Part shown: positions 25,691 through 38,556 of the stretch, piece after piece | Layout of the letters: every line of letters starts with the position of its first letter | Numbering within the stretch: position 1 is the stretch's first letter | DNA from: Camelus dromedarius | Lineage: Eukaryota | Direction: 5' to 3' | Length of the DNA stretch: 64,000 nt | Assembly: GCF_036321535.1 (NCBI RefSeq) | Contig: NC_087437.1 | Coordinates: forward strand, 104,782,001-104,846,000 | Notes under the pieces: model-generated | Databases searched by the model: none | What the model saw: the letters and a program-made list of their open reading frames with translations, nothing else | What the model was told of the DNA's origin: nothing | Translations under genes and position numbers: made by a program

Positions 25691-27184
25691 TATGTCTCCT
25701 TTCTAATATAAGTGGTACACTCCTGGGAAGATTGATTGATAAACTCTAGACCTGTGGTTTCACTGTTGAAGTCTTTTAGAAATTTAAGGATAAAACGGGA
25801 GCAATATTTCTAACAAAAGGAGATTATTATTTTGCTGTTGTTGTTGTTATTTAGTAATGATTCATAACTTGAAAGCCATTTTGGAATATTTTAGTGCCTG
25901 GGAACAACCTGATGAAAAACATTTTGTTATGTAATTATTTAGTCGATTTTTATTTTGATTATTTTAACATTTTATGGGTATAAGTTCCAGAAAATAGCTT
26001 ATTGCTTTTGGTATATCTAGGGAAGAAATATTCTTTTAAAATACTTATGTTTAATAATTTGATAGTGGTATAGTTTTGGATCGGTACGTGTTTAATTTGA
26101 TTTTCAGTGTATTCACAACTCTTTATAAGTTTAAAAATTATAAATTGATTTACTATAGTCCTTCATAACTTAAAGGAAAAAAGGGAATTTATGTAAATTA
26201 TTTTGATGAGTTTATGCTTGAGGTATACTATAGAATTGAGAGCTTTGGACAAATGTATATCCATTTGTGCAAATAAGTGTTTACTAACTAGTTAAGATGT
26301 TGAACTTGATGTTATTTTTATATTCTAAACAGTAATCTTTTAGCTGTATAAAACAAGGGTTTGTCAACTATAATTCAAACATCTATTTTCAGTGGTTTAA
26401 AGAAATTTCAGTAGAAAGAAAGGGAGAAAATTAAACAGTCAAATTTTAACAACATACGAGAATATTCTGTTCTTACAGTTTCAATTATATATATTATTTA
26501 ACTTGAACTTAGGAGACTACTAAATTGGGTAAGCAGTAAATTTCTTTTTTCCAATAGATTTCAAAACACAGCACGTTTATGTGGGGAAGTAAGTGGTACC
26601 ATTAATCTTTCATCATGAAGTTTACGTGATTCATGTTCCATAATTAGTAATCAGACACTCAATTCTAGGCCCACTTCCAAAGAAAAAAATCCAAAAGTTG
26701 AATGCTGACAGCTGAGCTACTAACAGACAAACATCATTTTTTTCTGTTCTATGTAGAAAAATTTCCTTTTCAATAACAAGACAAGGATGTTCATAATCAT
26801 CACTGAATTCGGGTGGGGGAACCACTCTAGATTTTTGTTTGTTTCTCAGTGAAAAAAAAAATTGAAAGCACCTACTGACATGTTCCATATAACTGAAGCA
26901 TAATTAGAACAACATACTATGGTTAAAAAAAAAAAAGCATATAAACAAGAATTCCAGAGCAAGTGATTTAGTAGGCATCATGAAACATGTGCATTTATAC
27001 ATGTTGTGCAGGTATGTATGTATCACACAAAGAAGCATGTATAACTGCCCTCATGCATATGTATAAATAGTAATGTACATATGTGGATATATCTATCTAT
27101 GTATTTATAATTTATGTATTCACACACACAGCCGCAATTATTAGTTAACTTATCCTGCCTAAATGTCATCTTTTCTTTCTCTAC

Positions 27185-27514
27185 TAGCACTAATAGAATT
27201 ATAGTGCAAATAACAAGTGCAAACAAATCACATCAACAAATTTAATTTTTTTAGTAGTCACATTAAAAGACAAACAGTAAAAGATGAAGTTGAAAATTAA
27301 GCAAATTCATATTTTTATTTGATGCACTATATCCAAATATTATTCTAATGTGTCATCACTGGAAAAGTTACTAGGACATATTTTACATTCTTTTTTCTTT
27401 CATACTAAGTCTTGCAAATCAGCATGTATTTTATACCTATAACATATCAATTAGCAATATTTCAAATATTCATTAGCCATATGTAGCCAGCGGATACTAT
27501 ATTAGATATCACAG
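27185..27514 (+). mobile_element. hAT-Charlie MITE, MER33-like
   Basis: tagtagtcacattaaaa...atattttacattctttttt...catactaagtcttgcaaatc...tagccatatgtagccagcggatactatattaga. Confidence 0.85.
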
Positions 27515-30459
27515 TTTTGGAGTGTTTTTAAGGAAACCACTGTAAATTCCTCTTTAAACAGAACAGACTTTACCTTCAACAAATGGCATATATTGTAGGA
27601 AAGTATAAGGGAAAATCTATGCATAAGCTCTCAGCTGTCTTTATCTATAAACATTTTGACTTAAAATTTTTTAAATATAATATAATGCAATGTGTACAGA
27701 TATAGATATCTCAAGCCAGTGTTCAGGCAAATGAAGGAAGTCTTTTATGTGGAATGAATACATCACTCATGCATTCTAAAATTAGACTGAAAATATTTCA
27801 GGTGCTTATTTTGCTTGAAAGACTGACACAGAGCAGGTTGAAATTAATCCAGTTAAAAAAAAAAAAAAGAAATGAAAAGAAACAAAGTGAAAAAAAAAAA
27901 AAGAAAGTGACAGAAAACCCAAGAGGTTTGAAAGCACTGCATGACCGAATCCAGAATCCCTAAATGTTGGAGCAAGGAGACTTTAAAGAGAGGCTTGAGC
28001 TGGAGAGACTGTGAATACCATGACCTATTAAAGCAACAAAAATTGCATTTGAAAGCTGTTTATTCCTGAAAGTGGTGGGGACATCTCATGGCCAAAGGAA
28101 AACAGAACTGAATGAGCCTCTGGAACGTCTTGGGATTAGAGATACAGTTTTTTTACATTATTTCTTCAAGGTCTAAGATGAAAACATGGGGAGGAAAATA
28201 CAAGTTTGGTTCAGAGATCCAAAAGGAAGTAGAAGGTAGCAAATTTCTTTTGAAAGGCCAACATTCTAACACTGGGAGTTTGTTTTGATGCATCCTGAGT
28301 TTGAATTGTTTTGATTAATGAAAATCTTTTATAAGGCTACAAAATTAGAAGCCAGCTGAAGGAAAAGTTTTTTTAATCACAAAATTGCCTCCTTTGCTTA
28401 CCTCCTCACAATGCTTGAAGTACTGCTGAAGCATATTCAGGATTTTGATGCTTCTGTTTATATTAATACTTTATCATTGGTCAAGGTGAGCATTTTTTAA
28501 AAAGTAATTTTATGAGTTTATTTGGTTCTGGAGAAGTGGCAGAAAAACCAACCCAAAGTAAGGAAGCCAGTGTTTCTTCTTCCACTGGTCTGTCCAGAAG
28601 CACTCGTTCAGAGCACCCCTTCTCAGTGACAGCCTCTGGCAGGATCCATCCTGAATATAAATTCATTTTATAAGCTGCCATCTCATAATAAGTGCATTTT
28701 AAAATAACAAAAAGAGTAAAGTCAGATTAATTTTTAATAAAATCGAAAAAACTTTTTGAAATTTTGAGAATGAGGAATATTGAGAGTTCTCCTACCACTT
28801 TTCCATTCTTTTTTTCAAATAGATGATCCATGGATCATTCATGTGTCATCTTACTTCATTTTTTCATAGTTCTATATGTTATACACTGATTTTCTTTTCA
28901 TTTTACAGAGCAAAGAAAAAATTACTATAAAGCAAAATTCTCCAAAACCATGCTGAGGATAACTAGCAAAGTGAGGGCTTAAACCTAGGACTTCTGTCTC
29001 TGAATATTTTGTTTTCTATGCTTTAAAATGCTGGGGGTTATGTGTGAACTTGACAGAGACATCCCACATGCAGGTCCACAAATGATCAACCATACGCCAT
29101 GTCAAAGTCACTTAGCTAAGATCAGAGTGCAATTCTACAAAAATGAAGAGGCAGTTTATCTCTTTTCATGCAAAGATAGTTCACCACTATAGGATTTTTT
29201 TAATTTTGTTTGTTTGGCTTTATTCATAGCACATTCCTTTTCACTTGGTTAAACTGCTCAGCCATCCTTCTTAAATATCTTACATTAGAAACCCCTCATG
29301 GAGAAGTCCTTTCTAAAAACTGCTTATACCATATGCAGTGCCGTCCTTGTTAAGGTATCTTCCTGTAATTTCACTCTTTAAATAATGATAAAAATACATA
29401 AATCTTACCATATTTTTTCTGTATAGACAAGCATATTACTTGTTTTTCCAGATACACACATTTGGTAATACATAACATTCCAAACGTGATTTATTGTTAC
29501 TACTTTCAACTACTTTTATTGCTAAAGAACATAGAGGTATATTACATAACCTATGTTAAATAATCTAAGTCAACACATCTAGTAATTATTCTAGTATATT
29601 TTTCAGTACTCTCCTTGGAGAATGTCTATAGGTTTTTTTGTTAGAATAAAATTAAAATGTTTTGACAAGCGATCAAACTTGAATACATTTTCAGTATGTG
29701 TAGAGAATAAATGACCCAAAAGCGTAAATCAAAGGAATAACATAATATATGAGATTTTCTGCAGGTGAAGAAGGCTGTTTGGGAGGAGAAACCTAAAATT
29801 AGATTTTTAGTGAGCTGAGAGTAGAGGGAAGTGTGGAAATCAGTTAAAAGTCAAGAGCATACTATTTACTCTCTAGCAAACCATACTAATAAAAAAACTG
29901 CATACTATTTACTTCCATAAAATATCTAAAAGAAATAGATTTCCCATCATGTTGCAGAGTCTCACACATATCTAGGTTAGTATCTAGATACTCCAAAGAT
30001 GATATATGATAAATAGCTTGTTCTAACTTATGGCAAAGAACATTTCCTTATAGATTAATCTCACCACAAATTTTAAAGTCTGAAAGCAGAAATCTTAAAT
30101 CCTCTTATACCTGATTTTCATCTCCATAAGGAGCAGATTGCTTGGGTCTCTATCAACTCCAGCAATTTTCTTTCCTACTTTATTAATAGGTTGCTGCCTT
30201 AGATCAATAGAAGAAGAAGTAATAAATGGAGTAGCTTAAACAGGTCTGGGTAGCCTGTCGCTGCTTATTCTCTTCAGTTCTTAACTTATGTTCTCTTCTA
30301 GAACTGAATGCATGGTTTTATGAATTTCAGGTAGCCTCAGTTATAAATTTCACTAATAATGGCCAACCTACATACAGCTTGTTACTAATTCTTTTTGCAT
30401 ATGTTTTCTAATTTAAATTAAACACTCTTGAGATTTTGGTTATTGATTCATAATTGATT

Positions 30460-31020
30460 ATAGATTCATCAAGGGCCTGCTATGTGATAATCCTTATGCT
30501 TGATGCTGGGGAAATAAAGGTCAGCAACAACATAAAAGCCAAACTCTTAATACTTAACAGAGCTTAGAACTGGTAGTAGAAACAGGTATTTAATAAACAA
30601 TCAAATAAATTTTAAAAAATCACCCAGGCAAGCATTCTGAAGGGAAATTAATAATTATATGAAAGGTTATGGTAAGGGATCTGACCTAATCAGGTAGGTC
30701 TTAGAAGGGACCTGGGAGGTTTGATGGACTGGAGATCTAAGTCTGATGGAAAGGAGAGAATGGGGCAGGAAGAGTGCTTCAAGCACAGTTTGAGTAGCTG
30801 TAGCACCTGGCCTGGTACATGGATTGACATCAACAAGATTAGTGTGGTTGATACTGATAGAGATGGAAGAAACATGGTAGGAAATGAATGTGGAGATGTA
30901 GGGAATGTCTTTATTGGCTATGCTAACAGTAATTTGAAATTAGCTCAGATAGCTAAATGTGAACTTGGGAAATATTACCGTGGATTCAGTGTTTGAAATA
31001 GTTGTGTATGTTGTGTACAT
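30460..31020 (-). mobile_element. L2 3' region
   Basis: gggcctgctatgtg...gatgctggggaaataaaggt...ggtaggaaatgaatgtggagatgtagg. Confidence 0.65.
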
Positions 31021-31148
31021 GGATATCAGGTGGAGAAAGGAGGTGTGGGAATACCAGTCATTAAATGCTGCATCACGTAAGTCTCAGATGAAGTGACCTG
31101 GGCTAACAAACAACTGAGGAGAGAGGAGAGACTTAAGATATAGTGAAG

Positions 31149-31563
31149 GATTTGCATTTCTCTGATATTTAGCGATATTGAGCATTTTTTTTTTATGTGC
31201 CTATTGGCCATTTGTATATCTTCATTGGAAAATTGCTTGTTTAGGTCTTCTGTGTGTTTTTGGATTGGGTTATTTGTTTGTTTGTTTGTTTGTTTTGTTA
31301 TTAAGTTATATGAGCTATTTATATATTCTGGAAATTAAGACTTTGTCAGTTTCATCTTTTGCAAATATTTTCTCCCATTGGGTAGGTTGTCTTTTTTGTC
31401 TTGCTTGTGGTTTCCTTCACTGTGCAAAAGCTTATAAGTTTAACTAGGTCCTATTTGTTTATTTTTGCTTTTGTTTCTATTGCCTGGGTAGACTGCCCTA
31501 TAGACTACGCCTCTATAGACCGCCCTAGGGGAACATTGTTAAGATTTATGTCAGAAAATGTTA
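31149..31563 (-). mobile_element. Internal L1 ORF2 fragment, no 3' UTR or poly(A)
   Basis: gatttgcatttctctgat...ttttgcaaatattttctcccatt...tgtgcaaaagcttataagtttaactaggtcctatttgtttatttttgcttttgtttc. Confidence 0.9.
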
Positions 31564-31705
31564 CATTGAGCATATAATGAGGCTCAATGTTCACTGAAAG
31601 TCAAATCCTCCACCATCCTGGGCTGAGTTGGTTCTGACCAGTTTATGTCCTATTGATGTGTCATTCTTTTTATGGTTGTGTCCTGCCCCCTTCCCTCCTG
31701 TCTCA
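31564..31705 (-). mobile_element. 5' end of an ERV1-like LTR
   Basis: Minus strand begins tgagacaggagggaagggggcaggacacaacc...aaactggtcagaaccaactcagcccaggatggtgg. Confidence 0.6.
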
Positions 31706-32307
31706 TTATAAATAAGCTAATAAATTATTTCATTTAATTAATCATTAATTTATTCTTTAGTAGTTATTAAATCCCTGCATTATGCTAGATGCAAAGAACT
31801 AATTAGACATAATACCTGGCATTGAAAAGATAGTTATTGATAAAATACAAAGGAAAACATTTAATGTAAAAAGAATGGAAAGCTGAGATAAATTGGGGGT
31901 AAGCATGGTAGATTGCAAAAGAATGACCACATATTCTTTCCATCTCTGATGGTAGATTTTCTTTTGTAATGGGAAATGGCCCCATGCCCTGGGGCCACAT
32001 CTCTTACCTTCTGAGATGGCCTGTATTCTGTCTCTGGAATGTGTATTTGGCTCGCTCTTGAATTTTATCCTGCATGAGAATAAGAACCTATTCTCTAGGA
32101 ACAACCATAATAAATGGGAATTTGGAAGACTTGGCAAAAAACAAAATATAAAATATTTTATGTATTAATTTTTATGGGTATCCATAATGCTGTGTACAAT
32201 TCTTATAAGGCTTTTAGGCTTTTGTCTTTCAGTTATATAATTTTTCTTTTATTTTCATTGTAATAAATGGTTCACTTTGGCTATACTTAAATTTTTGCTC
32301 TTCTGTA

Positions 32308-32828
32308 CGTGAATGAAAAATGTTGACTGCCATATCAGTGACCAAAGGATGTTACATCCATCAAGCCTTTCCAGTCACCCGCAACTATGAGCCCTGAGGG
32401 AACCCAAGGTGGAGACAAATGGGCTGCCTCCTGCCAAGTCCTCAGGCTCTACAGCAGCCCCCAAGGGTATATTCTGAGAGAACGCAGGATGGGAAAGAAC
32501 AGGATGCTGGCCCTGGATAGCTAAGGTGCACATCAAAGGAAAGATTTTGATGGGCCCAGACTTTTACACCTTCCCTTACATAGAAAAGTGCTAAGTTCAT
32601 TAACCTGAGATATCTGGTTTTCTCCAACTAACAGTAATCTTTTGATGTTCTGACTACCTGGTCTTTCTTGCAAAAACTCTTATATATCCTGGCTCTTCCC
32701 TTACCTCTTTGGAGCAATTCCTCAGAGCTATCTGAGAGGCTGTCTCCAGGCTTGAAGTCCTCAGAAAATTCGTCAAATAAAACATAATTCTCAACCTCTG
32801 GGTTGTGCATTTGATTTTCAGAGAGAAC
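32308..32828 (+). mobile_element. ERV1-class solo LTR, related to those at 45.5 and 46.6 kb
   Basis: Shares gtgaatgaaaaat start, acatagaaaag..ctaa, gttctgactacctggtcttt, tatatatcct TATA and aataaaacataa with the other two copies; upstream U3 differs. Confidence 0.85.
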
Positions 32829-33431
32829 TATATTTATTAAATTTATTGTTTGTTTATTGACTTACTGATTTTTATTAATACGATTCTTTACTTTCAAAGA
32901 TATTTGTTGAATTCTTACTATGGGACAAGAAAAATGTGTGATTGTTTTCAAAATGGTACTTCCCAGAATTTTTAACAACCAAGGTCTTGTTCAGGTATTA
33001 TACGAGCAGTTTTGCTTTACTTTAAAAAATCAAATGCCTTGAATTTTATCATTGTTTGATATCACCTCCGTCATCAATAACAAAACCAAAATTGATGAAT
33101 TATTTCAAATTTGAATAATGAATACTTAATAAACAAACCATAGAGAATACAGTTCACAAATAAGAATTATTAAGATTTATATTAAAATTAAACTAAGCCA
33201 CTTAAGGTTTATTTGATAAAGAAACATGGCCATATGAATATTAATAATTTTTAAACCTGGAGTACTTAAAAAGTTTATTTTTAGTGATTTGAGGAAAACA
33301 TCTTGATTTTGTTTATTGTTTTATATTCAGCACCCACTTCAATGACTGATAAATTATAAACAAACAAAAAAATCCAATTAGAGCCATAAAGTATTAAGTG
33401 ACCGTGGCTGGTATTGTCAACAGAATAGGTA

Positions 33432-33763
33432 TGTTGCCGAGTCCAAACTCGCTCTGCTCGCTGCATCACAGGCCAATAAATCGGGAGACGAGGTGTTGGG
33501 GCAAGGAATAGCGACTTTATTTGGAAAACCAGCAGACCGAAGGATGGCAGACTAATGTCTTGGAGAACCATCCTGCTCTAGTCAGAATAGAGGCTCCTTT
33601 TATACAAAAAAAACCCCCAAAAAACAAAAAACAAGGGAAGGGATGTGGTTGGTTGTTGCAGACTTCTTGCTTCAGGCATTCTTTGTTCTTGCAGCCCTCC
33701 ACCTGGGCCAGGTCATGGTGTCCCTGTAAACTTCCAACAAAACAAAGGTTATTCTCTATTACG
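33432..33763 (-). mobile_element. ERV1-class solo LTR with 4-bp TSD
   Basis: Plus strand starts tgttgccgagtccaaac; antisense poly(A) signal (tttatt near 33515) and TATA (ttttatac near 33598); ggta at 33428-33431 and 33764-33767. Confidence 0.8.
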
Positions 33764-35619
33764 GGTACATCCCTCAGAAATTCATCCCTTAACTGTTTAC
33801 CCCTTTCACTCACACTGAACTGTTAAAAAACTAATTCTTTATCAAATGTCTATTATTCATGAGGATCTTTGCCTAACCATCTTTTACATGGAAGAAAAAA
33901 AAATTGCATACTGCTAGAATATTAAAATGAATGAATTTTCTTTTAATTTACTACCTCTCTTATAGTCCCTTTTATGATCATGGCTTATATATTTTTCTTA
34001 CACTTTTTGAAAAGCATTAGAGGTGCACTCACTTCAGAGAGCTGTAATTTTAGCATCTCTTTGAGAGCAGTAAAAACATTGTATGCTAATAGCTACCTGT
34101 AGTCCCCCATTTCTTTGGATTCACCACGTATTTCTTATAAAGAAAATCCCTAAGGAGGGCAGTTACTTCTTAGCACTTTGTTTTTACAGACAGTAAGAAC
34201 ATAATTCTTTTACTCTACCTTACTAATGCACAAGAACTTTAAATAAATAAAAACACCCTAAGCTTAAAGGAAAATATGAGGAAAAGAAGGAAAAAGAAAT
34301 CTAATTTACTTTCCTTTTATCGCTCTGTTTTCCCTCTTCATTTATTTTCTACAACAAATCTATTCCTCAACAATTGATAATAACACTTGAATTAACTGTC
34401 TCTCTCCAATCAAGTTGAGAAAATAATAGAATGTTCAGTTGTTTTTTATTTTCCGTTCCTAGAATCATCAACATTCTCTTCCTGAAAGAAGCAAGCAAGT
34501 CATTAATTAGTACAAACAGTGGTTACCCTGAAAATCAACAAGCTTCAAATGCGCAATCAAAGCCAGTCATCTACGGAGGCTACACCTATAATCAGGACAG
34601 AGCCATTGTGCATAGCAAGAAAGGGATAAGAACAGCAGAAATTTGTCAGCCCGCAATAATCTAAGATTGCAGAGAAAAAACTATTTTTTTAATCAAACCA
34701 ACCCAGTCAGAGCAGCAAAATCAAAGCTACTGTATTATTTCAGCGATAAACAATCTGTAGAGCAATGTAGGAAAGGCGCTCAACCATTTCCCAAGATTTC
34801 CGTGTCTTGTGGATCCACCCCAGGGTGTTTCAGAACAGCAGGAAGCATATTTGAGAAACGGTTCATCCCTTCACTTTGCAGCACTAACCAATATAAAGCA
34901 GTACTTAAAACTATGCGTTTCTGTTCTGAAGCTTATTGCCTCCTATATTTTCCTTCTACAATTTGATTTTACCTGCATGGTAGATTTGTTTTATATTGAA
35001 ACAGATCTGAAAAATTATAGAGGACTAAAAGCATCAAGTTTATGAACTGTCTTGGATGAATTTGCCCTTGCGTCTTTTGAATAATAATAACAACAGAAGA
35101 TTCAGCTCAATAAAATAAAGCCTGCTAAGTTATATGAACCCTCTCACCATTCATATATCACCTGTACTTTATAAGCACAAATATGACATCTGATTTTTTT
35201 ATTTATATAACAATCTTTTAAAATAATTTTGAAGTGTTATCTATGACAAGCAACATGATAGTCAATACTAATTTAAGTTGGGAAAAAGCCATATGACCCA
35301 TATATTCTTAAAATTATAATAGTAAAACTTGTGTGGAATATGGGATAAAATGACAAAGAGGTTGGCTGTCTTTACACCAAAAAAAAAAAATAAAGCAGTT
35401 AAAATATAGAAATCTGCGCTAAATATTTTAGTATCTCTTGAACAAATTACAAGTGTTTTCGGAAATGGGCAGAAATTTTTGTTTCTTTTACCTTCTGTCC
35501 TGTTTCTATTTTATAGCATGACCATCCACACTGACATCGTAGCTGGTGTCCACCTTATGCTCCTTGTTGTTGAGAAACCCAATGGCTTCAATCTCTCTTA
35601 CATTCTCAGGAGATGTTCC

Positions 35620-36420
35620 TGGGAACATGGAGTAAACTTTGCAATGACTCTGACTTCTCCAGCATTTTACTCCGTAATCACCAAAGTGCTCTATGTCTTC
35701 AGTCTCTTCTCTGACCTTTAACTTTTTTTTTTCAATCAGACTCTCCCCCAAGGATACTGATTTCCCTGCAGTCCTGTTACAAGTGGCTAATTTTTTTTTT
35801 TTCCACAGCCCTCTTCCCACCAGGCCTGGAGCTAGGAGCATCATCACTCCTCATTACCTCTTTTCAAATCATTCCCCTCCTGCCTCCCTACACTCAGCTT
35901 TAAATCTCATGTTATTAGACTATGTTACAATGATACTTCATTGCCATGGTCATTTACTGACACTGGATTGTTTTCCTTTGTTTATGGCAACTTCAGACCT
36001 CCAATTTATACTCTTACCATTATAACTGGTTTTAATGATGATCATTACAAAATGCACCTATAAAATATTTCCAAGTACTCTGGAGTCTCTTGATTTTTCT
36101 CCAAGAATTAATTTAATCTCAAAATTATGTCAGCTGTTCGCACCTCTGGTCATTCATTAGTTTTGTTGTCAGTGGCGGTACGTATTTATATTAAAATTAC
36201 CAATTCTACAATTCTTCTATGCTCCTAATTATGGGAATTCACTGGTCATCAATTTTATATTCATCTAGAACACTGATTCCAGTAATTCTGCAACTCTATT
36301 TGGACCTCCAGTTTCTTGTCCTTGTCCCTCACCCTCTAAATACTTTTACTCCATTCCCTGGACCTCCTTTCTTTGCCTTGTTTTGTTTTATTAGCTTGGG
36401 CAAAAAAACCATGTAGTATT
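35620..36420 (+). mobile_element. L2 ORF2 endonuclease-region fragment
   Basis: ctctccccaaggatactgatttccctgcagtcct...ccaccaggcctggag...cagctttaaatctcatgttattagactat...ggacctcca follows the recalled L2 consensus. Confidence 0.7.
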
Positions 36421-36959
36421 TCTTCTGAACCTGCATACATGGCAGCAAAGCTGAATAAGAAACCACAACCATGCTAATTCTGTTTAAAACAATTTAAAAT
36501 ATGTTATATAGTGGGTGACAAATTTCATTTTCTCAGTGGGACAAATTTTTATTAAAAATTACTTCAAATATTCAGGCCCCTTATGTACACACAGACACAC
36601 ACACACATACACACACACAAGATTTCAAATTATACTTGTGTTAATTCATGACTAGGTTTGCAGAACCCTGAAAATGGTGCAGCTTCTGTGGTACAGCATG
36701 AAGAGTAAGCCACCCATAGACATCTGGGTCAGGGGCACTTTCCAGGGCTCCATTTCCATCAGAAAGGATGCTTAATACCTTTCTATTTTCCACTGAAATC
36801 TGCTTAAATGCCTCAATTTAATTCTGAATATAATTTTTTTTTTAATTTCTTAACATGTACTTAATTCTCTAAGTAGTCTTTCTCAATCACCCCTCTCTCA
36901 GAGTTAAATCCTTCACATTTTTACCCTCAATTTACTTCATTTCCCCCAATTTATGAATT

Positions 36960-36960
36960 T

Positions 36961-36992
<32 letters not shown>

Positions 36993-37071
36993 TATACATA
37001 CACACACACCCACGCCACACACACACACATTTGTATGTATGTGTGTGTGGCGTGGGTGTGTGTGTGTGTGT
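36960..37071. repeat. Compound (TA)n(CA)n...(TG)n microsatellite containing a 26-bp inverted repeat
   Basis: 37000-37025 is the exact reverse complement of 37040-37065. Confidence 0.95.
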
Positions 37072-38556
37072 TAGATGTGTGGACATAATTCCACATTGCC
37101 TAGATTTTGAATTACTTAACCAAATTGGTACTTGGTCTTTGCATCCCTGTGCCTTGTAACTATTTAAATCAACGCTTCAATATATTGAATAAAAAATTAT
37201 AAGGCTAGACCCCCAAAATTTCATTTCCACTTTCGTGGTTTTATTTTTGCACATTTGCATGGAAATATCACTGTTGCCTAGTCTATCAAGTTTATTCTCT
37301 ATGACGCCTTTCCTGTCAATTCTAATCCATTCTGATTTCTTTTCTTTCTGAAATATTGCAATACTTAATCTACATGAAAACTTAGCATAAATACAGATAA
37401 CAGATAATATTATCTGTCAGAGGATATTATTCGTTTTTCAACATGGATGCTGGCAACTGATAAGAACTCTCCCTACATCCTTTCAAGATGTTTCCTCATC
37501 CCAATATATGTTTAAAAATGGAGAAAAATGACCATGCAACAAATTGTGTAGGCTATCCTAATTGGGTATGAATTCACAACCTTGGTTCAAAACTTCCTCT
37601 TACTCTTAAGAACAGATTGGTTAGAAGAAAATATTTTGTTGCAGTCTTATTTCAGAAGCACCCAATCTTTTTCAAGTCCAGTGTAGTTTACTTCATCATT
37701 TCCTCAACACTTGGATGCTATTTAATCTTGCATCTCTTCCACCCACACAAAGGCATAAAAAAAAGACAGGATGTATTTCATTGCTTAGGACAATTGTCTA
37801 ATTTTCTTTACTCCTATCTTGACTTTTAAACCTTTAAAAATAGGATTTCTGTAATTTTGGAGGGGTGTCTATTGCTTTTAATCCCATAAGAACCTATTTT
37901 ATTTATTTTTCTGTGTTTATTCCAAAATTATAGTCTTCCTTCCGCACTCATAGGATATTTATTTGTTTTGCCTTTTGATAAGAGAAGCAACACTCCAATC
38001 ATGTTATTTTTAACAAGAAAGCCTAAAATTTCTCACTATAACAAGACCCTAAATAACAAAGTATAATGGCTACCTCAAAGTAATTTTCCAGTAATTTATA
38101 GTTGAAAAACTCAGCCTTTCTCTTCCCACAGATTTCTCCTCTGTCTCCAGATTTTGTCTAATATCTAAAGCACAGTGGGAAAAAACAGCCCTCTGATCAT
38201 TTCAGAGGCCATAATCACTTGCAGAAGAACTGATCCCTGAACTCAGGCCTTAGCAGGTAAAGAGAAAAGGCAATCTGTTCATTTTTAAAGGCAAAAATAT
38301 AATCATAATTTTTATGTGCTTTTCCCCCTTTACTGCAATTTCACATGTAATATGCTAGTAATATCAATGGGACGGGTACACTTTATGGAGTGGAAGATCT
38401 TATTTTATTTTTTTATTTTCCCATAATGTTCCTTCTGTTACTAACCTCTGATGTTATTAAATCCCACTGTGATATTTTTCTTGCAATAGAGCCTCTGAAA
38501 AGTACAATTCTTCAGAAATTTCATTAAGGCAGCCCGTGAACTGCCTTCTGACTTAC

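Noticed and set aside
28909..28970. Apparent exon after tttcttttcattttacag
   Set aside because: The acceptor-like motif is typical of antisense MIR remnants and the donor is weak.
35479..35721. 80-aa ORF behind a good acceptor (ttttatag near 35516) as a coding exon
   Set aside because: The peptide is unrecognised, the donor is weak and the 3' part runs into L2 sequence.
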